Made by a program: the position numbers and the translations under genes. A DNA stretch of 64,000 bases from Bacteroidales bacterium (lineage in GTDB: Bacteria; Bacteroidota; Bacteroidia; Bacteroidales; WCHB1-69), in contig JAVBLM010000005.1 in NCBI GenBank assembly GCA_031553535.1, forward strand, positions 4,113 through 68,112. The letters run 5' to 3'. Position 1 is the stretch's first letter. Each line of letters opens with the position of its first letter. The notes beneath the pieces are model-generated. The model had not been told where the DNA came from. It searched no databases and was given only the letters and a program-made list of their open reading frames with translations. This document shows, one piece after another, positions 52,055 to 62,521 of the stretch.

Positions 52055-52117
52055 AATAAGTTGGTTTGTCGAAATATTTTGAAGATACAACGAAATAAAA
52101 GGCCGGAAAAAATGTTA

Positions 52118-52125
52118 TATCTTTG
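52118..52125 (+). promoter_or_regulatory. Bacteroidetes-type -7 promoter box (TAnnTTTG)
   Basis: TATCTTTG, 20 nt upstream of the mltG ATG. Confidence 0.5.
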
Positions 52126-52145
52126 TAGAAACGAACGGATGTAAC

Positions 52146-53177
52146 ATGCGCAGGAAAGTAATAATAATAAGTGTGATACTTTTTCTTTTTTTAGTAGGAA
52201 TAATCACAGTGTATTTTGCTTATAAAATGGTCTTTACTAATAATATTTCTTCTGAAGCACCATCATACATATATATAAAGACGGGATCGACATACGACGG
52301 AGTAATAGATATACTGAAAAAAGAGCATGTCGTGAAGGATTTGAAAACATTTCAATGGGTTTCAAAAGTGAAGGACTATCCCCAACGGGTAAAAGCCGGC
52401 CGATATGCCGTAAAGCAAGGGATGAACAATAATGAACTGGTGAATATGCTTCGTTCCGGTAGACAAGAACCTGTCAACTTTACATTTAATAATGTAAGAA
52501 CCAAAGAGCAATTTGTGCAGAAAGTATCCCAGCAGCTGGAGACCGGTTATGATGATCTTTTATCCCTTCTGGATGATGATAAAGAACTTGAAAAATACAA
52601 TGTAAACAAAGAAAATGTATTAATTCTTTTTATCCCGAACACATATCAATTCTGGTGGAATACATCTCCTGATGAGTTTATGCAAAGAATGTATAAGGAA
52701 TATCATACGTTTTGGAATCAACAACGGATACAAAGGGCTAAGGATATAAATCTGTCACCAATCGAAGTTAGTATAATGGCATCTATTGTAGAGGAAGAGA
52801 ATCATCGCGCAGATGAACAGGCAAGAATAGCCGGTGTATATATAAACCGGTTGAATAGAGGCATGCTTCTTCAGGCGGATCCTACTGTAAAATTTGCATT
52901 ACAGGATTTCGGTAGAAAAAGGTTGTTGTATGCCGATCTGGAAATTGATTCACCCTATAATACATATAAATATATGGGACTGCCTCCCGGGCCTATTCGA
53001 ATTCCAAGTCCTGTAAGCATTGATAATGTACTAAATTATGAAAAACATAACTATATATTTATGTGTGCAAAAGAAGATTTTTCGGGATATCATAATTTTG
53101 CCGCTACATCTGCCCAGCATGCAGCAAATGCAAGGAAATATCACGATGCACTTAACAGGAATAAAATAAAAAAATAA
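52146..53177 (+). CDS. mltG: endolytic murein transglycosylase MltG (YceG-like)
   Basis: 343 aa with an N-terminal TM anchor and YceG motifs (ASIVEEE, LQADPTV, SPYNTY...GLPPGPI). Confidence 0.88.
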   Translation: MRRKVIIISVILFLFLVGIITVYFAYKMVFTNNISSEAPSYIYIKTGSTYDGVIDILKKEHVVKDLKTFQWVSKVKDYPQRVKAGRYAVKQGMNNNELVNMLRSGRQEPVNFTFNNVRTKEQFVQKVSQQLETGYDDLLSLLDDDKELEKYNVNKENVLILFIPNTYQFWWNTSPDEFMQRMYKEYHTFWNQQRIQRAKDINLSPIEVSIMASIVEEENHRADEQARIAGVYINRLNRGMLLQADPTVKFALQDFGRKRLLYADLEIDSPYNTYKYMGLPPGPIRIPSPVSIDNVLNYEKHNYIFMCAKEDFSGYHNFAATSAQHAANARKYHDALNRNKIKK

Positions 53178-53179
53178 CC

Positions 53180-53725
53180 ATGGGTATATATACAAAAACA
53201 GGAGACAAAGGAACCACCTCACTGATGAATGGAACAAGGGTACCTAAGAATCATATCCGGGTAGAAGCATATGGTACAATCGATGAATTGAATGCTCATA
53301 TTGCTTTGCTGGAATCTATTATTGACGATGAAGCGGTAAAGAAAGATCTGCTTAAGATCGAAAATAACTTATTTATAATCCAGACACATCTGGCAATCGA
53401 CCCTGACAAAGAATGTTTTTTTAAAGTGCCGGATATTCAAAAGATTAATGTGAATGATCTGGAAAAGGATATCGATCGTATGAATGATCAGTTGGTGCCT
53501 ATGAAATCGTTTATTTTATTAGGCGGACATCCAACTATTGCCCAGTGCCACATAACAAGGTGTATATGCCGCCGGTCGGAACGAACATTAATTACCTTGT
53601 CCAGCGGATCATTTGTAAATTCGGAAATTTTATCTTATATTAACCGCTTGTCCGACTATTTATTTATCCTGGCGCGTTATACGGCAAAGATACTGGGAGT
53701 AAAAGAACAGTCTGCACAGATATAA
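53180..53725 (+). CDS. ATP:cob(I)alamin adenosyltransferase, PduO type
   Basis: 181 aa with N-terminus IYTKTGDKGTTSL and CRRSER motifs. Confidence 0.88.
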   Translation: MGIYTKTGDKGTTSLMNGTRVPKNHIRVEAYGTIDELNAHIALLESIIDDEAVKKDLLKIENNLFIIQTHLAIDPDKECFFKVPDIQKINVNDLEKDIDRMNDQLVPMKSFILLGGHPTIAQCHITRCICRRSERTLITLSSGSFVNSEILSYINRLSDYLFILARYTAKILGVKEQSAQI

Positions 53726-53751
53726 CCTTCCTTTTCAGATGGGAATGGCCT

Positions 53752-54897
53752 ATGCTGGAGTCAGGAAATAATAAAATGCATTTAACAAATAAGCCATATA
53801 CTTATTTTGTTCAATCAGTATTATTCATACTGTTCTTTGTTCATTCTGTTAGTCTGTTCGGAAAGGATTCTACTTACAAAGCAAATTATTATGTTGAACC
53901 CATTCTCCGGATAGGACGGGTTATGGGTTATCCGGGGAACGTTTATTTATATAGCCCGGAAATCAGGTTCGGGAAACAAACATTAGGGGAAAAAGAGTGG
54001 GAGAGAGAGTATCATTATCCTCATTATGGGATCGCTTTCCGTTATGGTAGCTTTGATAATAATGCTTTCGGGAATAAACTGGCTGTTTATGGCTATATAA
54101 ATTGTTCGTTTTTTGATTATAAGCGCTTATCATTGCATTATCAGCTCGGATTTGGGGTTGCCTATTGGTTTCGATGCTACGATTCCATATTGCATCCCGA
54201 AAGCAGATACATCGGCAAACATTTCAATGCCTATATCGATTTGGAGCTGGGTGCCCAATACCAATTATCTCCGTCGTTTGATTTAATAATGAGTGCCGAC
54301 TTTACACATTCTTCCAATGGCGCTACCAAAATGCCTAACCTGGGAGTGAATGTTATTTCCGGACATGCAGGTCTTCGTTATCATATAAGTTCATCCCGAT
54401 CTTATATACACCCAATTGATTCGGTAGATTGTTTTTCTCCTCAGAATAATATATACTTTTTTATTGCACCCGCTTTTCGCCAGTCGAAAGAGAGTTATGG
54501 TAATTATTTTGCCGGAACCTTTCAGATAGGATATATGCGTCGGTTTCATCCTAAATTCCGGTATGGAGGAGGTATAGATATTATGTACAGCGAAGAATTA
54601 CGAAATTATTTACCCCTTGAACAACGTTCGCAGATGAAATATATAAGCCAGGCTTTATTTGCTTCTTTTGAAGTGCTGTATAATCGTGTTGTTTTGCATG
54701 TAGCATTGGCGTCTTATCTTCACCGGGCATTCGATTTTTATGAATTTTATTATGAGCGGGCAGGGGTGAAATTATTATTAGGAAGACAATACAATCATTT
54801 TGCCGGAATTTCAATAAAAGCACATGGGGGTGTTGCCGATTATATTGAATGGACATACGGTTATCAGTTCCTGACCTGGAGTAAAAAAGAAAAATAA
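53752..54897 (+). CDS. acyloxyacyl hydrolase / PagL-like outer-membrane lipid A deacylase family protein
   Basis: 381 aa with a signal-like N-terminus, beta-barrel-like composition and FTHSSNG (His-x-Ser) as in PagL. The start codon is uncertain. Confidence 0.5.
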   Translation: MLESGNNKMHLTNKPYTYFVQSVLFILFFVHSVSLFGKDSTYKANYYVEPILRIGRVMGYPGNVYLYSPEIRFGKQTLGEKEWEREYHYPHYGIAFRYGSFDNNAFGNKLAVYGYINCSFFDYKRLSLHYQLGFGVAYWFRCYDSILHPESRYIGKHFNAYIDLELGAQYQLSPSFDLIMSADFTHSSNGATKMPNLGVNVISGHAGLRYHISSSRSYIHPIDSVDCFSPQNNIYFFIAPAFRQSKESYGNYFAGTFQIGYMRRFHPKFRYGGGIDIMYSEELRNYLPLEQRSQMKYISQALFASFEVLYNRVVLHVALASYLHRAFDFYEFYYERAGVKLLLGRQYNHFAGISIKAHGGVADYIEWTYGYQFLTWSKKEK

Positions 54898-54907
54898 TAT
54901 CCTCTAT

Positions 54908-55156
54908 AACAGAAGTTACGCAAGTGGAGAAGTTATAGTAACGCAACATGCAGAAGGCAACAAGCAGAAAGGATAAAACCGATGAAATAGATAAAGTCGA
55001 TAAAAGCAAATATCATTTACTTGTTCACTCATTTACTCATTCGCTTATTTTCTTATTCACTCGTCATACAAAAATCAGAAAGGAATAATCGACTCAACAG
55101 TTAAATAACTAAATTATAACTTCCTGTAACTTCATTTAACTTGCGTAACTTCTGTT
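54908..55156 (+). mobile_element. MITE-like element, full copy C (249 bp) with perfect 18-bp terminal inverted repeats
   Basis: AACAGAAGTTACGCAAGT (54908-25) is the exact reverse complement of ACTTGCGTAACTTCTGTT (55139-56). CTAT lies immediately outside both ends and is a possible target-site duplication. No ORF inside. Confidence 0.8.
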
Positions 55157-55340
55157 CTATAAATTCAAAATTATAAATTATAAAAGACTGCGGAACAGTT
55201 TGCCCGGCGAAGTCAAATCTGTCTGATCTATGTCATCTGCGTGCCGGATACCTCTTTCGTTATTCTCTTATTTATAATGCACAAGCAAATAAGCAAATCA
55301 ACGGGATTCCTATACCTCAAAATAAGATTTAGCTCTTCGA

Positions 55341-56012
55341 TCAGAACTGTATAATAAAAGCATCAGGAATATATTGCCGATAATATTTTAAATATGTTGA
55401 TGCTTGTTCTTTCGATGTGAAGTTTCCTATGAAATATTTATAGTATTTCTCGGTTTTTTGTTCCAGAATGATATGCTCGTTTTGCAAATGTACAAGTTTG
55501 GCAATGTCATTCTTCTTCTGCATTGTATTTGACGCAGATATTTGGATATAATATGATTCTTTTTGTAAAGTATCTATATCCGGACGATTCTGCCGGACAA
55601 TATAATTCCGTGCAGGAGAGGTTATTTTCTGAACAATTCCTTTCTTGTTTTCATACATTAATGCGGATTCTCCCCAGAGAATGACATCCGGAAGAGAATC
55701 TGTTTTGCAGACAAATTTGAATGCCAGTGTATCAATAGATGGATAATTAGAACTTATTAATGTTAAAATATTATTAGCTGTATCCCAGAGCAAAAACTCA
55801 GAGGGAAGATTCGTTAGCGTTGCTTTAGGATGTAATCGTTGCTGAAAACGCACACGTCCGCCATCGGGAATGTTTACCAGGGAAATAAAAGTTGTTATTT
55901 CATTTGTTATGGTATCCATTCTTGCGAATGAGATAATTTCTTGTCCGTAAGAATCGGTTGTTGTCTTGTAAAATAATATAAGAAAAAGAAAAACTTTATA
56001 TGCTCTTTTCAT
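55341..56012 (-). CDS. SPOR-domain protein
   Basis: 223 aa with a signal peptide. The C-terminal roughly 70 aa are SPOR-like (YYIQISASNT...YYKYFIGNFTSKEQASTYL). Confidence 0.6.
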   Translation of the reverse strand: MKRAYKVFLFLILFYKTTTDSYGQEIISFARMDTITNEITTFISLVNIPDGGRVRFQQRLHPKATLTNLPSEFLLWDTANNILTLISSNYPSIDTLAFKFVCKTDSLPDVILWGESALMYENKKGIVQKITSPARNYIVRQNRPDIDTLQKESYYIQISASNTMQKKNDIAKLVHLQNEHIILEQKTEKYYKYFIGNFTSKEQASTYLKYYRQYIPDAFIIQF

Positions 56013-56014
56013 TA

Positions 56015-57067
56015 TTAGCGATTCCCATACATCTTTTCGTAATAATTTTGATAGTTGCCCGAGGTGACGTTATTCAGCCATTGCTCATTGGATAAATACC
56101 ATCTTACCGTAAGCCGGAATCCATCCGTGAATTTAATGGAAGGTTCCCAACCTAATTCCTTTTTGATTTTAGAGGCATCGATGGCATATCGTAAATCATG
56201 GCCGGCACGATCTTTTACATATGTGATTAAGGACAGCGATGTTCCTTTAGGACGCTCCAACTCCTCATCCATGATTTCAATAAGATTATGGATTAAATCA
56301 ATATTCTTCCATTCGTTATTGCCCCCGATGTTGTATGTTTCCCCGTTCTTTCCTTTATGAAAAACAAGGTCAATAGCTTTTGCATGGTCTTCAACATAGA
56401 GCCAGTCCCTTACATTCAGCCCTTTGCCGTATACGGGCAAGGCTTTATTATGTAATATATTATTAATGAATAAAGGAATAAGTTTCTCTGGAAACTGATA
56501 CGGGCCATAATTATTGGAACAATTGGTAATAACATTAGGCATTCCAAACGTGTCGTAGTAAGCACGCACCAGATGATCGGAACTTGCCTTTGAGGCAGAG
56601 TAGGGGCTATGCGGATCATAAGGGGTCTTTTCGGTAAAAGAGCCATCCTCGCCCAACGAACCGTATACTTCATCGGTGGAAATATGGTAGAAACGTTTGT
56701 TTTCCAGATTATCTTTCCATGTATAACGGGCGGCATTTAATAGATTTGCAGTTCCAACAATATTGGTATATATAAAATCCAATGGTGAGATAATAGATCT
56801 ATCCACATGCGATTCTGCGGCAAGATGGATAACTCCATCAAATTGATGTTGTTCAAAGATCTGATTAATGAATTCAGTATCTACAATATCCCCTTTGATA
56901 AAGGTATAATTATCTTTATTCTCAATATCTCTTAGGTTTTCCAGATTACCGGCATATGTCAATTTATCTAAATTGAATATTTGATAATCGTTATACTTGG
57001 TTACGAACAAACGCACAACATGGGAACCGATGAAACCGGCCCCTCCGGTAATTAATATTTTCTTCAT
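56015..57067 (-). CDS. rfbB: dTDP-glucose 4,6-dehydratase
   Basis: 350 aa with motifs TGGAGFIGS and YSASKASSD, plus RmlB-type sequence throughout. Confidence 0.92.
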   Translation of the reverse strand: MKKILITGGAGFIGSHVVRLFVTKYNDYQIFNLDKLTYAGNLENLRDIENKDNYTFIKGDIVDTEFINQIFEQHQFDGVIHLAAESHVDRSIISPLDFIYTNIVGTANLLNAARYTWKDNLENKRFYHISTDEVYGSLGEDGSFTEKTPYDPHSPYSASKASSDHLVRAYYDTFGMPNVITNCSNNYGPYQFPEKLIPLFINNILHNKALPVYGKGLNVRDWLYVEDHAKAIDLVFHKGKNGETYNIGGNNEWKNIDLIHNLIEIMDEELERPKGTSLSLITYVKDRAGHDLRYAIDASKIKKELGWEPSIKFTDGFRLTVRWYLSNEQWLNNVTSGNYQNYYEKMYGNR

Positions 57068-57072
57068 ATGAA

Positions 57073-57810
57073 TTATTTTGTTTCGAAATTTAAACGAACG
57101 GTAATACTTGCTGTTTTATCTTTTGATTTTGTATTAAAGGCTCCTCCCCAGGAATAATCCTCATTAGAGTTTTGTGCAGTGATCTGAAAAATACCCAAAT
57201 TGGCATAGAGTAATTTTCCAAGATTCGCTTTTGCACTGTGAGCGATTTTCTCTGCTCTGATACGTCCGTCCGCAGTTGCTTCTTCTACTAACTCTAATTT
57301 TAAGTCGGATAGTTTTGTGTAGAAAAAGTCAGGGGAATCGCTGGTTAGTTCAACACCCATATCAATCAGTTCGGATACTTCGCGGGATATTTTTTCTATC
57401 CTGTCAATATCTTGAGATGAAATATTTACTTCCTGGCGTAATTCATATCCTACAAATTTACGATTGTATCGTCCTTTGTCATCGTAAGATCCATCATATA
57501 CTTTTTCGATCTGCACAGAACTGAATACCATTTCGTTTTCTTTGATTCCTTTTTTTAAAAGGTATTCTTTTACAAGTATCTCATCTGTTTTCAATCGTTT
57601 AAACGCTTCTTTCATATCTACATTTTGTTTAGAAAAAGATCCGTTCCAAACAATTAAATCTGCAGTGAAGTTTCGCTCTGCCTTACCGGTAACTTCTATT
57701 TTTTTGGGGATTCTTCCTTTGGTTTTATAAGCATCCGATACCAGTATTGCGGAAATAACAATCGCAATTGAAATAATTGATATTGAAATTATTTTATCTG
57801 TACTTTTCAT
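57073..57810 (-). CDS. SIMPL/DUF541-domain protein
   Basis: I prefer the ATG at 57810 (MKSTDK...). The track start at 57846 is TTG, and the -7 box at 57836-57843 lies inside that extension. Confidence 0.7.
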   Translation of the reverse strand: MKSTDKIISISIISIAIVISAILVSDAYKTKGRIPKKIEVTGKAERNFTADLIVWNGSFSKQNVDMKEAFKRLKTDEILVKEYLLKKGIKENEMVFSSVQIEKVYDGSYDDKGRYNRKFVGYELRQEVNISSQDIDRIEKISREVSELIDMGVELTSDSPDFFYTKLSDLKLELVEEATADGRIRAEKIAHSAKANLGKLLYANLGIFQITAQNSNEDYSWGGAFNTKSKDKTASITVRLNFETK

Positions 57811-57835
57811 TTTTGTGGGCTTTAAAATTATTTTA

Positions 57836-57843
57836 CAAAAATA
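57836..57843 (-). promoter_or_regulatory. Bacteroidetes-type -7 promoter box (TAnnTTTG)
   Basis: TATTTTTG on the minus strand, 25 nt upstream of the ATG at 57810. Confidence 0.45.
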
Positions 57844-58039
57844 CAATTTTATCTGCTAGGATAAAAGTATATCTAATTTGATTATTTCTCTTATTGGTAA
57901 TAAAAACGAAAGAAGTTCGGCATTTGTTGCCTTAATTACTTTATCTTATCAATAATGTATTTATATTGATTAAAATGCTGCTGATTGTTATAATTAAAAA
58001 ACACTTATTTTTATGCAATAAATGAAGTATGTTTTCTGT

Positions 58040-58047
58040 TACTTTTG
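58040..58047 (+). promoter_or_regulatory. Bacteroidetes-type -7 promoter box (TAnnTTTG)
   Basis: TACTTTTG, 38 nt upstream of the ATG at 58086 and inside the longer track ORF. Confidence 0.45.
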
Positions 58048-58085
58048 TAAGGATTCCATTTATAAACCTTTTAATACTAAATATC

Positions 58086-58766
58086 ATGGAACGGAAAAAA
58101 TCAAAAAAAGCAGATCTGGAATGGAGAAAGTCTTCATTCTTTCAAGTAGGTGTTATTGTATCCCTCTCACTGGTTTTGATGGCTTTTGAATTTATCGGCA
58201 CGAATGAAAAAACCAGTACGATTAATTTTTCCAGAATGGAAATAGATGAAGATATAATTGTGATTCCAACAAAAATCGATCCGGAATTGCCAAAGCCTAA
58301 ACCGGCTCCCAGTACGATTTTGGATATCGTCAAAACAAACGATATTATAGAATATCTTCCTATTGATGTAACTGTAAACCCCGGAGATGAAATGGATGAA
58401 TATTTTGACATTGACGAACCAGAAGATAAGAACAATGTGAATTCTGCCGATATTGTATACGATATGGCAGGAGTTTCCCCTTCTTTTGTTGGCGGCGATA
58501 ATGCTCTTTTGAAATTTTTGTCGGATAATATAGTATATCCAAAAGTTGCTCGTGATGCGGGTATATATGGAAAAGTTATTGTATCTTTTGTGGTAAGTTT
58601 GGATGGCAGCATAAATGATATAAAGATTGTTAGAGGAGCAGCACCCAGTTTAAATGAAGAAGCAATGCGGGTGGTGAACTTAATGCCTAAATGGATACCC
58701 GGAAGACAAGGAAATAAAGTAGTAAAAGTGAGATATATGTTACCGATAGAATTTTCACTTTATTAG
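58086..58766 (+). CDS. energy transducer TonB, paralog 1
   Basis: 226 aa from the ATG at 58086 (MERKKSKKADLEWRKSSFFQVG..., colinear with paralog 2). Has a TM anchor, a Pro/acidic linker and a TonB_C domain. Confidence 0.8.
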   Translation: MERKKSKKADLEWRKSSFFQVGVIVSLSLVLMAFEFIGTNEKTSTINFSRMEIDEDIIVIPTKIDPELPKPKPAPSTILDIVKTNDIIEYLPIDVTVNPGDEMDEYFDIDEPEDKNNVNSADIVYDMAGVSPSFVGGDNALLKFLSDNIVYPKVARDAGIYGKVIVSFVVSLDGSINDIKIVRGAAPSLNEEAMRVVNLMPKWIPGRQGNKVVKVRYMLPIEFSLY

Positions 58767-58918
58767 TTCTTTAAATCCGGATTTTTCTAATACAATAACA
58801 GTTGATTTGTAATTATCAGATTTGATGTTGTATAAATGCCGGGTGTAGAACTATTATAATATAGCTTATTTTGGGATTATTTTTTAAATAAGGGTAATAA
58901 TTGCATTAAAATTAATGT

Positions 58919-58926
58919 TATCTTTG
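58919..58926 (+). promoter_or_regulatory. Bacteroidetes-type -7 promoter box (TAnnTTTG)
   Basis: TATCTTTGCAAA, 46 nt upstream of the ATG at 58973. Confidence 0.5.
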
Positions 58927-58972
58927 CAAATAGTAAATTAATATAGGAACTAAATCAAAGAATAAAAAGGAT

Positions 58973-59653
58973 ATGGAACTCAAAAAATCAGTAAAGGCCG
59001 ATTTGGAGTGGAAAAAGCCAACATTTTTTCAAATAGGACTTGTTGTTTCACTTTTATTAGTTTATATGGCTTTCGAGCTTGTTGGTGCAAGAGAAAGTAC
59101 GGAGACAATGATGGTTGGAGTGACGCAAGTTATTGAAGAAGAAAAGGTTATTCAGACAGAGCAACCTAAGGAGGCTCCGCCACCACCACCGGAACAAATG
59201 AGCCAGACAATTATAGAAGTAATATCCGATGATATTAAAGTAGCGGATTTTACAATAGATGCGGAATCAGATGAACATATGCAGGTAGAGGAAGTTGCAT
59301 TTGTAGAAGATACAAAGGAAGAAGTTGTTAAAGAAGCTGAGATTTTTGTTGTAGTTGAAGAAAATCCTGAATTTCCTGGCGGAGATGCAGCTCGTATGCA
59401 GTTTTTACGTGACAATATAGAATATCCAAGGGTAGCTCGTGAAACCGGCTTGGAAGGGCGTGTGGTTGTAGGTTTTGTAGTAGAGCCTGACGGACGTCTT
59501 ACTAATTTCAAGGTAATCAGAGGAAGAGCACCTTCTTTAGACGATGAAGCACTCCGGGTGGCTAAGTTGATGCCGAAATGGAAACCGGGGAAACAACGTG
59601 GTAAAACAGTACGTGTGCAATATCAGATGCCTATAACATTTACATTGTACTAA
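58973..59653 (+). CDS. energy transducer TonB, paralog 2
   Basis: 226 aa (MELKKSVKADLEWKKPTFFQIG...) with a PPPPPE linker and a TonB_C domain. Confidence 0.82.
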   Translation: MELKKSVKADLEWKKPTFFQIGLVVSLLLVYMAFELVGARESTETMMVGVTQVIEEEKVIQTEQPKEAPPPPPEQMSQTIIEVISDDIKVADFTIDAESDEHMQVEEVAFVEDTKEEVVKEAEIFVVVEENPEFPGGDAARMQFLRDNIEYPRVARETGLEGRVVVGFVVEPDGRLTNFKVIRGRAPSLDDEALRVAKLMPKWKPGKQRGKTVRVQYQMPITFTLY

Positions 59654-59671
59654 ACATAAAAGAATTGAATG

Positions 59672-59704
59672 AAAGAGGCTGTTGTAAGATAGCCTCTTTT
59701 TTTA
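59672..59704 (+). terminator. intrinsic terminator
   Basis: 9-bp stem AAAGAGGCT (59672-80) / AGCCTCTTT (59691-99), followed by a T-run. Confidence 0.75.
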
Positions 59705-59719
59705 CATGATTTATATCAC

Positions 59720-60685
59720 ATGAAAGATAACGAATATATTATCGAACGTCACATTAACGGATTGGACTGGAGTATGGATCCCCGTAACTTATACGAACCC
59801 ATACATTATATAATGTCCCAGGGGGGGAAAAGAATTCGTCCTCAACTATGTCTCTTATCCGCAGATTTATTTGGAGGGAATAAGGAGCAAGCAGTTTATC
59901 CTGCAGTAGCATTTGAATTGTTACATAATTTTACATTATTGCACGATGATATTATGGATAACGCTTCCATGCGAAGAGGGAAGGAGACTGTTTATAAAAA
60001 GTGGAATGCCAATATTGCCATTCTTTCAGGTGATGCTTTATTTGCTAAATCATATGAATATCTTCTCGGTTATCAAGGAGAGAATTTATCCTCATTAGTC
60101 TCCCTGTTGACCAGAACTTCTATTGAAATTTGCGAAGGACAACAACTGGATCTGGACTTTGAGAGTAAAGAAGATGTTAGCATAGATCAATATCTTACAA
60201 TGATACGATTAAAGACGGCTGTTATGCTGGCGGCTTGTTTAAAGGCCGGAGCGATTACTTCTTTCGCGGTAGAAACAGAACAGCAGTTAATATACAACTT
60301 TGGTATAAAAATAGGGCTGGCATTTCAGATACAGGATGATCTGCTGGATGTTTATGCCAACGAAAATAAATTTGGAAAGCACCTTGGTGGAGATATTGCC
60401 GAGAATAAAAAGACTTACATGTCCTTACGAGCAATGGAATTAGCTCAAGGGGAGGATTTGAAACAATTACAGTATTATTTTTCATCCTTGGATTTTGATA
60501 AGGAAGAGAAATTTACAATAGTAAGATCTATTTATGATAAATATAAGGTAAAAGAGGATGCCTATAATTTAATAAATAAGTATTATGAAGAGGCAATTTT
60601 TTCTTTACAACAGATAGATGTACAACAATCCTCGAAGCAACCGCTAATTGATTTTATAAATAAGTTAGTCAATAGAGATTATTAA
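59720..60685 (+). CDS. polyprenyl diphosphate synthase (trans-IPPS)
   Basis: 321 aa with first DDxxD in LLHDDIMD and second in FQIQDDLLD. Confidence 0.88.
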   Translation: MKDNEYIIERHINGLDWSMDPRNLYEPIHYIMSQGGKRIRPQLCLLSADLFGGNKEQAVYPAVAFELLHNFTLLHDDIMDNASMRRGKETVYKKWNANIAILSGDALFAKSYEYLLGYQGENLSSLVSLLTRTSIEICEGQQLDLDFESKEDVSIDQYLTMIRLKTAVMLAACLKAGAITSFAVETEQQLIYNFGIKIGLAFQIQDDLLDVYANENKFGKHLGGDIAENKKTYMSLRAMELAQGEDLKQLQYYFSSLDFDKEEKFTIVRSIYDKYKVKEDAYNLINKYYEEAIFSLQQIDVQQSSKQPLIDFINKLVNRDY

Positions 60686-60691
60686 TTATTC

Positions 60692-62518
60692 ATGACAAAT
60701 AAGTCGATGTATAGCAAACGAAAATGGTGGATACTAACTATTTTTGGTTTTGTTGCTATCGTTTATATTATCCGTTTATTCTCATTGCAGATATTAGAGG
60801 ACAAGTGGAAGAGCGATGCACGTGCAAATGCTTTTCGACATATTGTTGAAGCTCCCCCACGTGGATTGATCTTCGACAGGAATGGGGAAAAGTTAGTAGA
60901 TAATGAAATATCATACGACTTAATGGTTGTTCCTCGTAATATCCGTTCATTGGATACATTGGAGTTGTGCAATATTCTAAATATGGATACGGCGGAATTT
61001 AATCAACGTTTGACGAAAGCAAAAAAATACTCCACATATGCACCTTCGTTGTTTGCAAGAAGATTACCCCCGCAAATGTATGCCTATCTGACGGAACGCT
61101 TATATCGATTCAAAGGTTTTTATATATATCCCCGTACAATCCGGACATATTATACACAGGCAGCTGCCCACTCATTAGGCTATATAGCGGAAGTTAATTA
61201 CAATGATATGGAATCCGATCCTTATTATACGATTGGGGATTATATCGGCCGTAGTGGTATTGAAAGATCCTATGAGAAGGAACTCCGGGGAGTGAAAGGG
61301 CAACGTATTGTTCTCGTAGATAATCTGGGGCGAGTACAAGGGGCTTATCAGGATGGAGCGTATGATGTTGCCGCGATACCGGGGAAAAGTTTATGGGCAT
61401 CGATAGATAAGGATCTGCAGGAATATGGAGAATCGCTTATGCAAGGGAAACGAGGTAGTATTGTTGCCATAGATCCTTCTACAGGTGAGATATTATGCTT
61501 GATAACAAGTCCATCTTACGACCCGTCTCTTTTGGTAGGGAGCGAACGCGGCAAAAACTATATGAAATTGCACCATGATTCTATCAACAGACCTCTTTTT
61601 AACAGAGCATTGAGTGCAATGTATCCGCCAGGGTCTACCTTTAAGCTGGCAAATGCACTTGTTTATCAACAGGCGGGTACTGTTAATGAACATACATTAT
61701 ACGGGTGTCAGATGGGATATGCTTATGGGAATCGTAAATTGGGTTGTCATGGGCATCCTTCACCGTTGAATGTGTCAGGTTCCGTACAACATTCATGTAA
61801 TGCATGGTATTGCAGGGGATTAGTAGCCATGCTGGAAAATCGCAAAATGTATAAATCGACCCGGGAAGCTTATGAAGACTGGTATAGCCATATTTTGCAG
61901 TTGGGATTTGGCCAAAAATTCAACAGCGATTTGCCTTATGAAATAACAGGAACAATACCTTCTGCAGATTATTATGATAAGATGTATGGTAAAAACCGCT
62001 GGAAGGCAACTTCCATTATTTCAATATCCATAGGGCAGGGGGAAATATGTGCGACACCTGTGCAGCTGGCTAATTTAGTTGCTATTATTGCAAATAAAGG
62101 CTATTATTATCCACCGCATTTGGTTCGCGCCATTGCCCATAAAGATTCTTTGAATGACAGATTTACAGATAGAAAATCGTCAGGTATTGATGCCAGGTAT
62201 TTTAATAGTGTTATTGACGGCATGGAGCGTGCTACATTGGCAGGGACTGCCCGCAGGGCATCGGTCCCGGGAATTCGTGTTGCGGCAAAAACAGGGACAG
62301 CGGAAAATCCACCAAGAAAAGATCATTCCCTGCTTGTATGTTTTGCGCCAGTGGAAAATCCTAAGATAGCTATTTCTATTATTGTGGAGAATGGCGGATT
62401 TGGGGCGACATGGGCAGCGCCGATAGCCAGTTTAATGATTGAACGCTATCTTAACGATACCATTACCAGGAAAGATCTGGAATATCAAATTAAGGAAGGA
62501 AAAATCACTTATTGGTAA
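60692..62518 (+). CDS. mrdA: penicillin-binding protein 2 (elongasome transpeptidase)
   Basis: 608 aa with a TM anchor and motifs STFK (PGSTFKL), SCN (HSCNAWY) and KTG (AKTGTA). Confidence 0.9.
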   Translation: MTNKSMYSKRKWWILTIFGFVAIVYIIRLFSLQILEDKWKSDARANAFRHIVEAPPRGLIFDRNGEKLVDNEISYDLMVVPRNIRSLDTLELCNILNMDTAEFNQRLTKAKKYSTYAPSLFARRLPPQMYAYLTERLYRFKGFYIYPRTIRTYYTQAAAHSLGYIAEVNYNDMESDPYYTIGDYIGRSGIERSYEKELRGVKGQRIVLVDNLGRVQGAYQDGAYDVAAIPGKSLWASIDKDLQEYGESLMQGKRGSIVAIDPSTGEILCLITSPSYDPSLLVGSERGKNYMKLHHDSINRPLFNRALSAMYPPGSTFKLANALVYQQAGTVNEHTLYGCQMGYAYGNRKLGCHGHPSPLNVSGSVQHSCNAWYCRGLVAMLENRKMYKSTREAYEDWYSHILQLGFGQKFNSDLPYEITGTIPSADYYDKMYGKNRWKATSIISISIGQGEICATPVQLANLVAIIANKGYYYPPHLVRAIAHKDSLNDRFTDRKSSGIDARYFNSVIDGMERATLAGTARRASVPGIRVAAKTGTAENPPRKDHSLLVCFAPVENPKIAISIIVENGGFGATWAAPIASLMIERYLNDTITRKDLEYQIKEGKITYW

Positions 62519-62521
62519 CCT

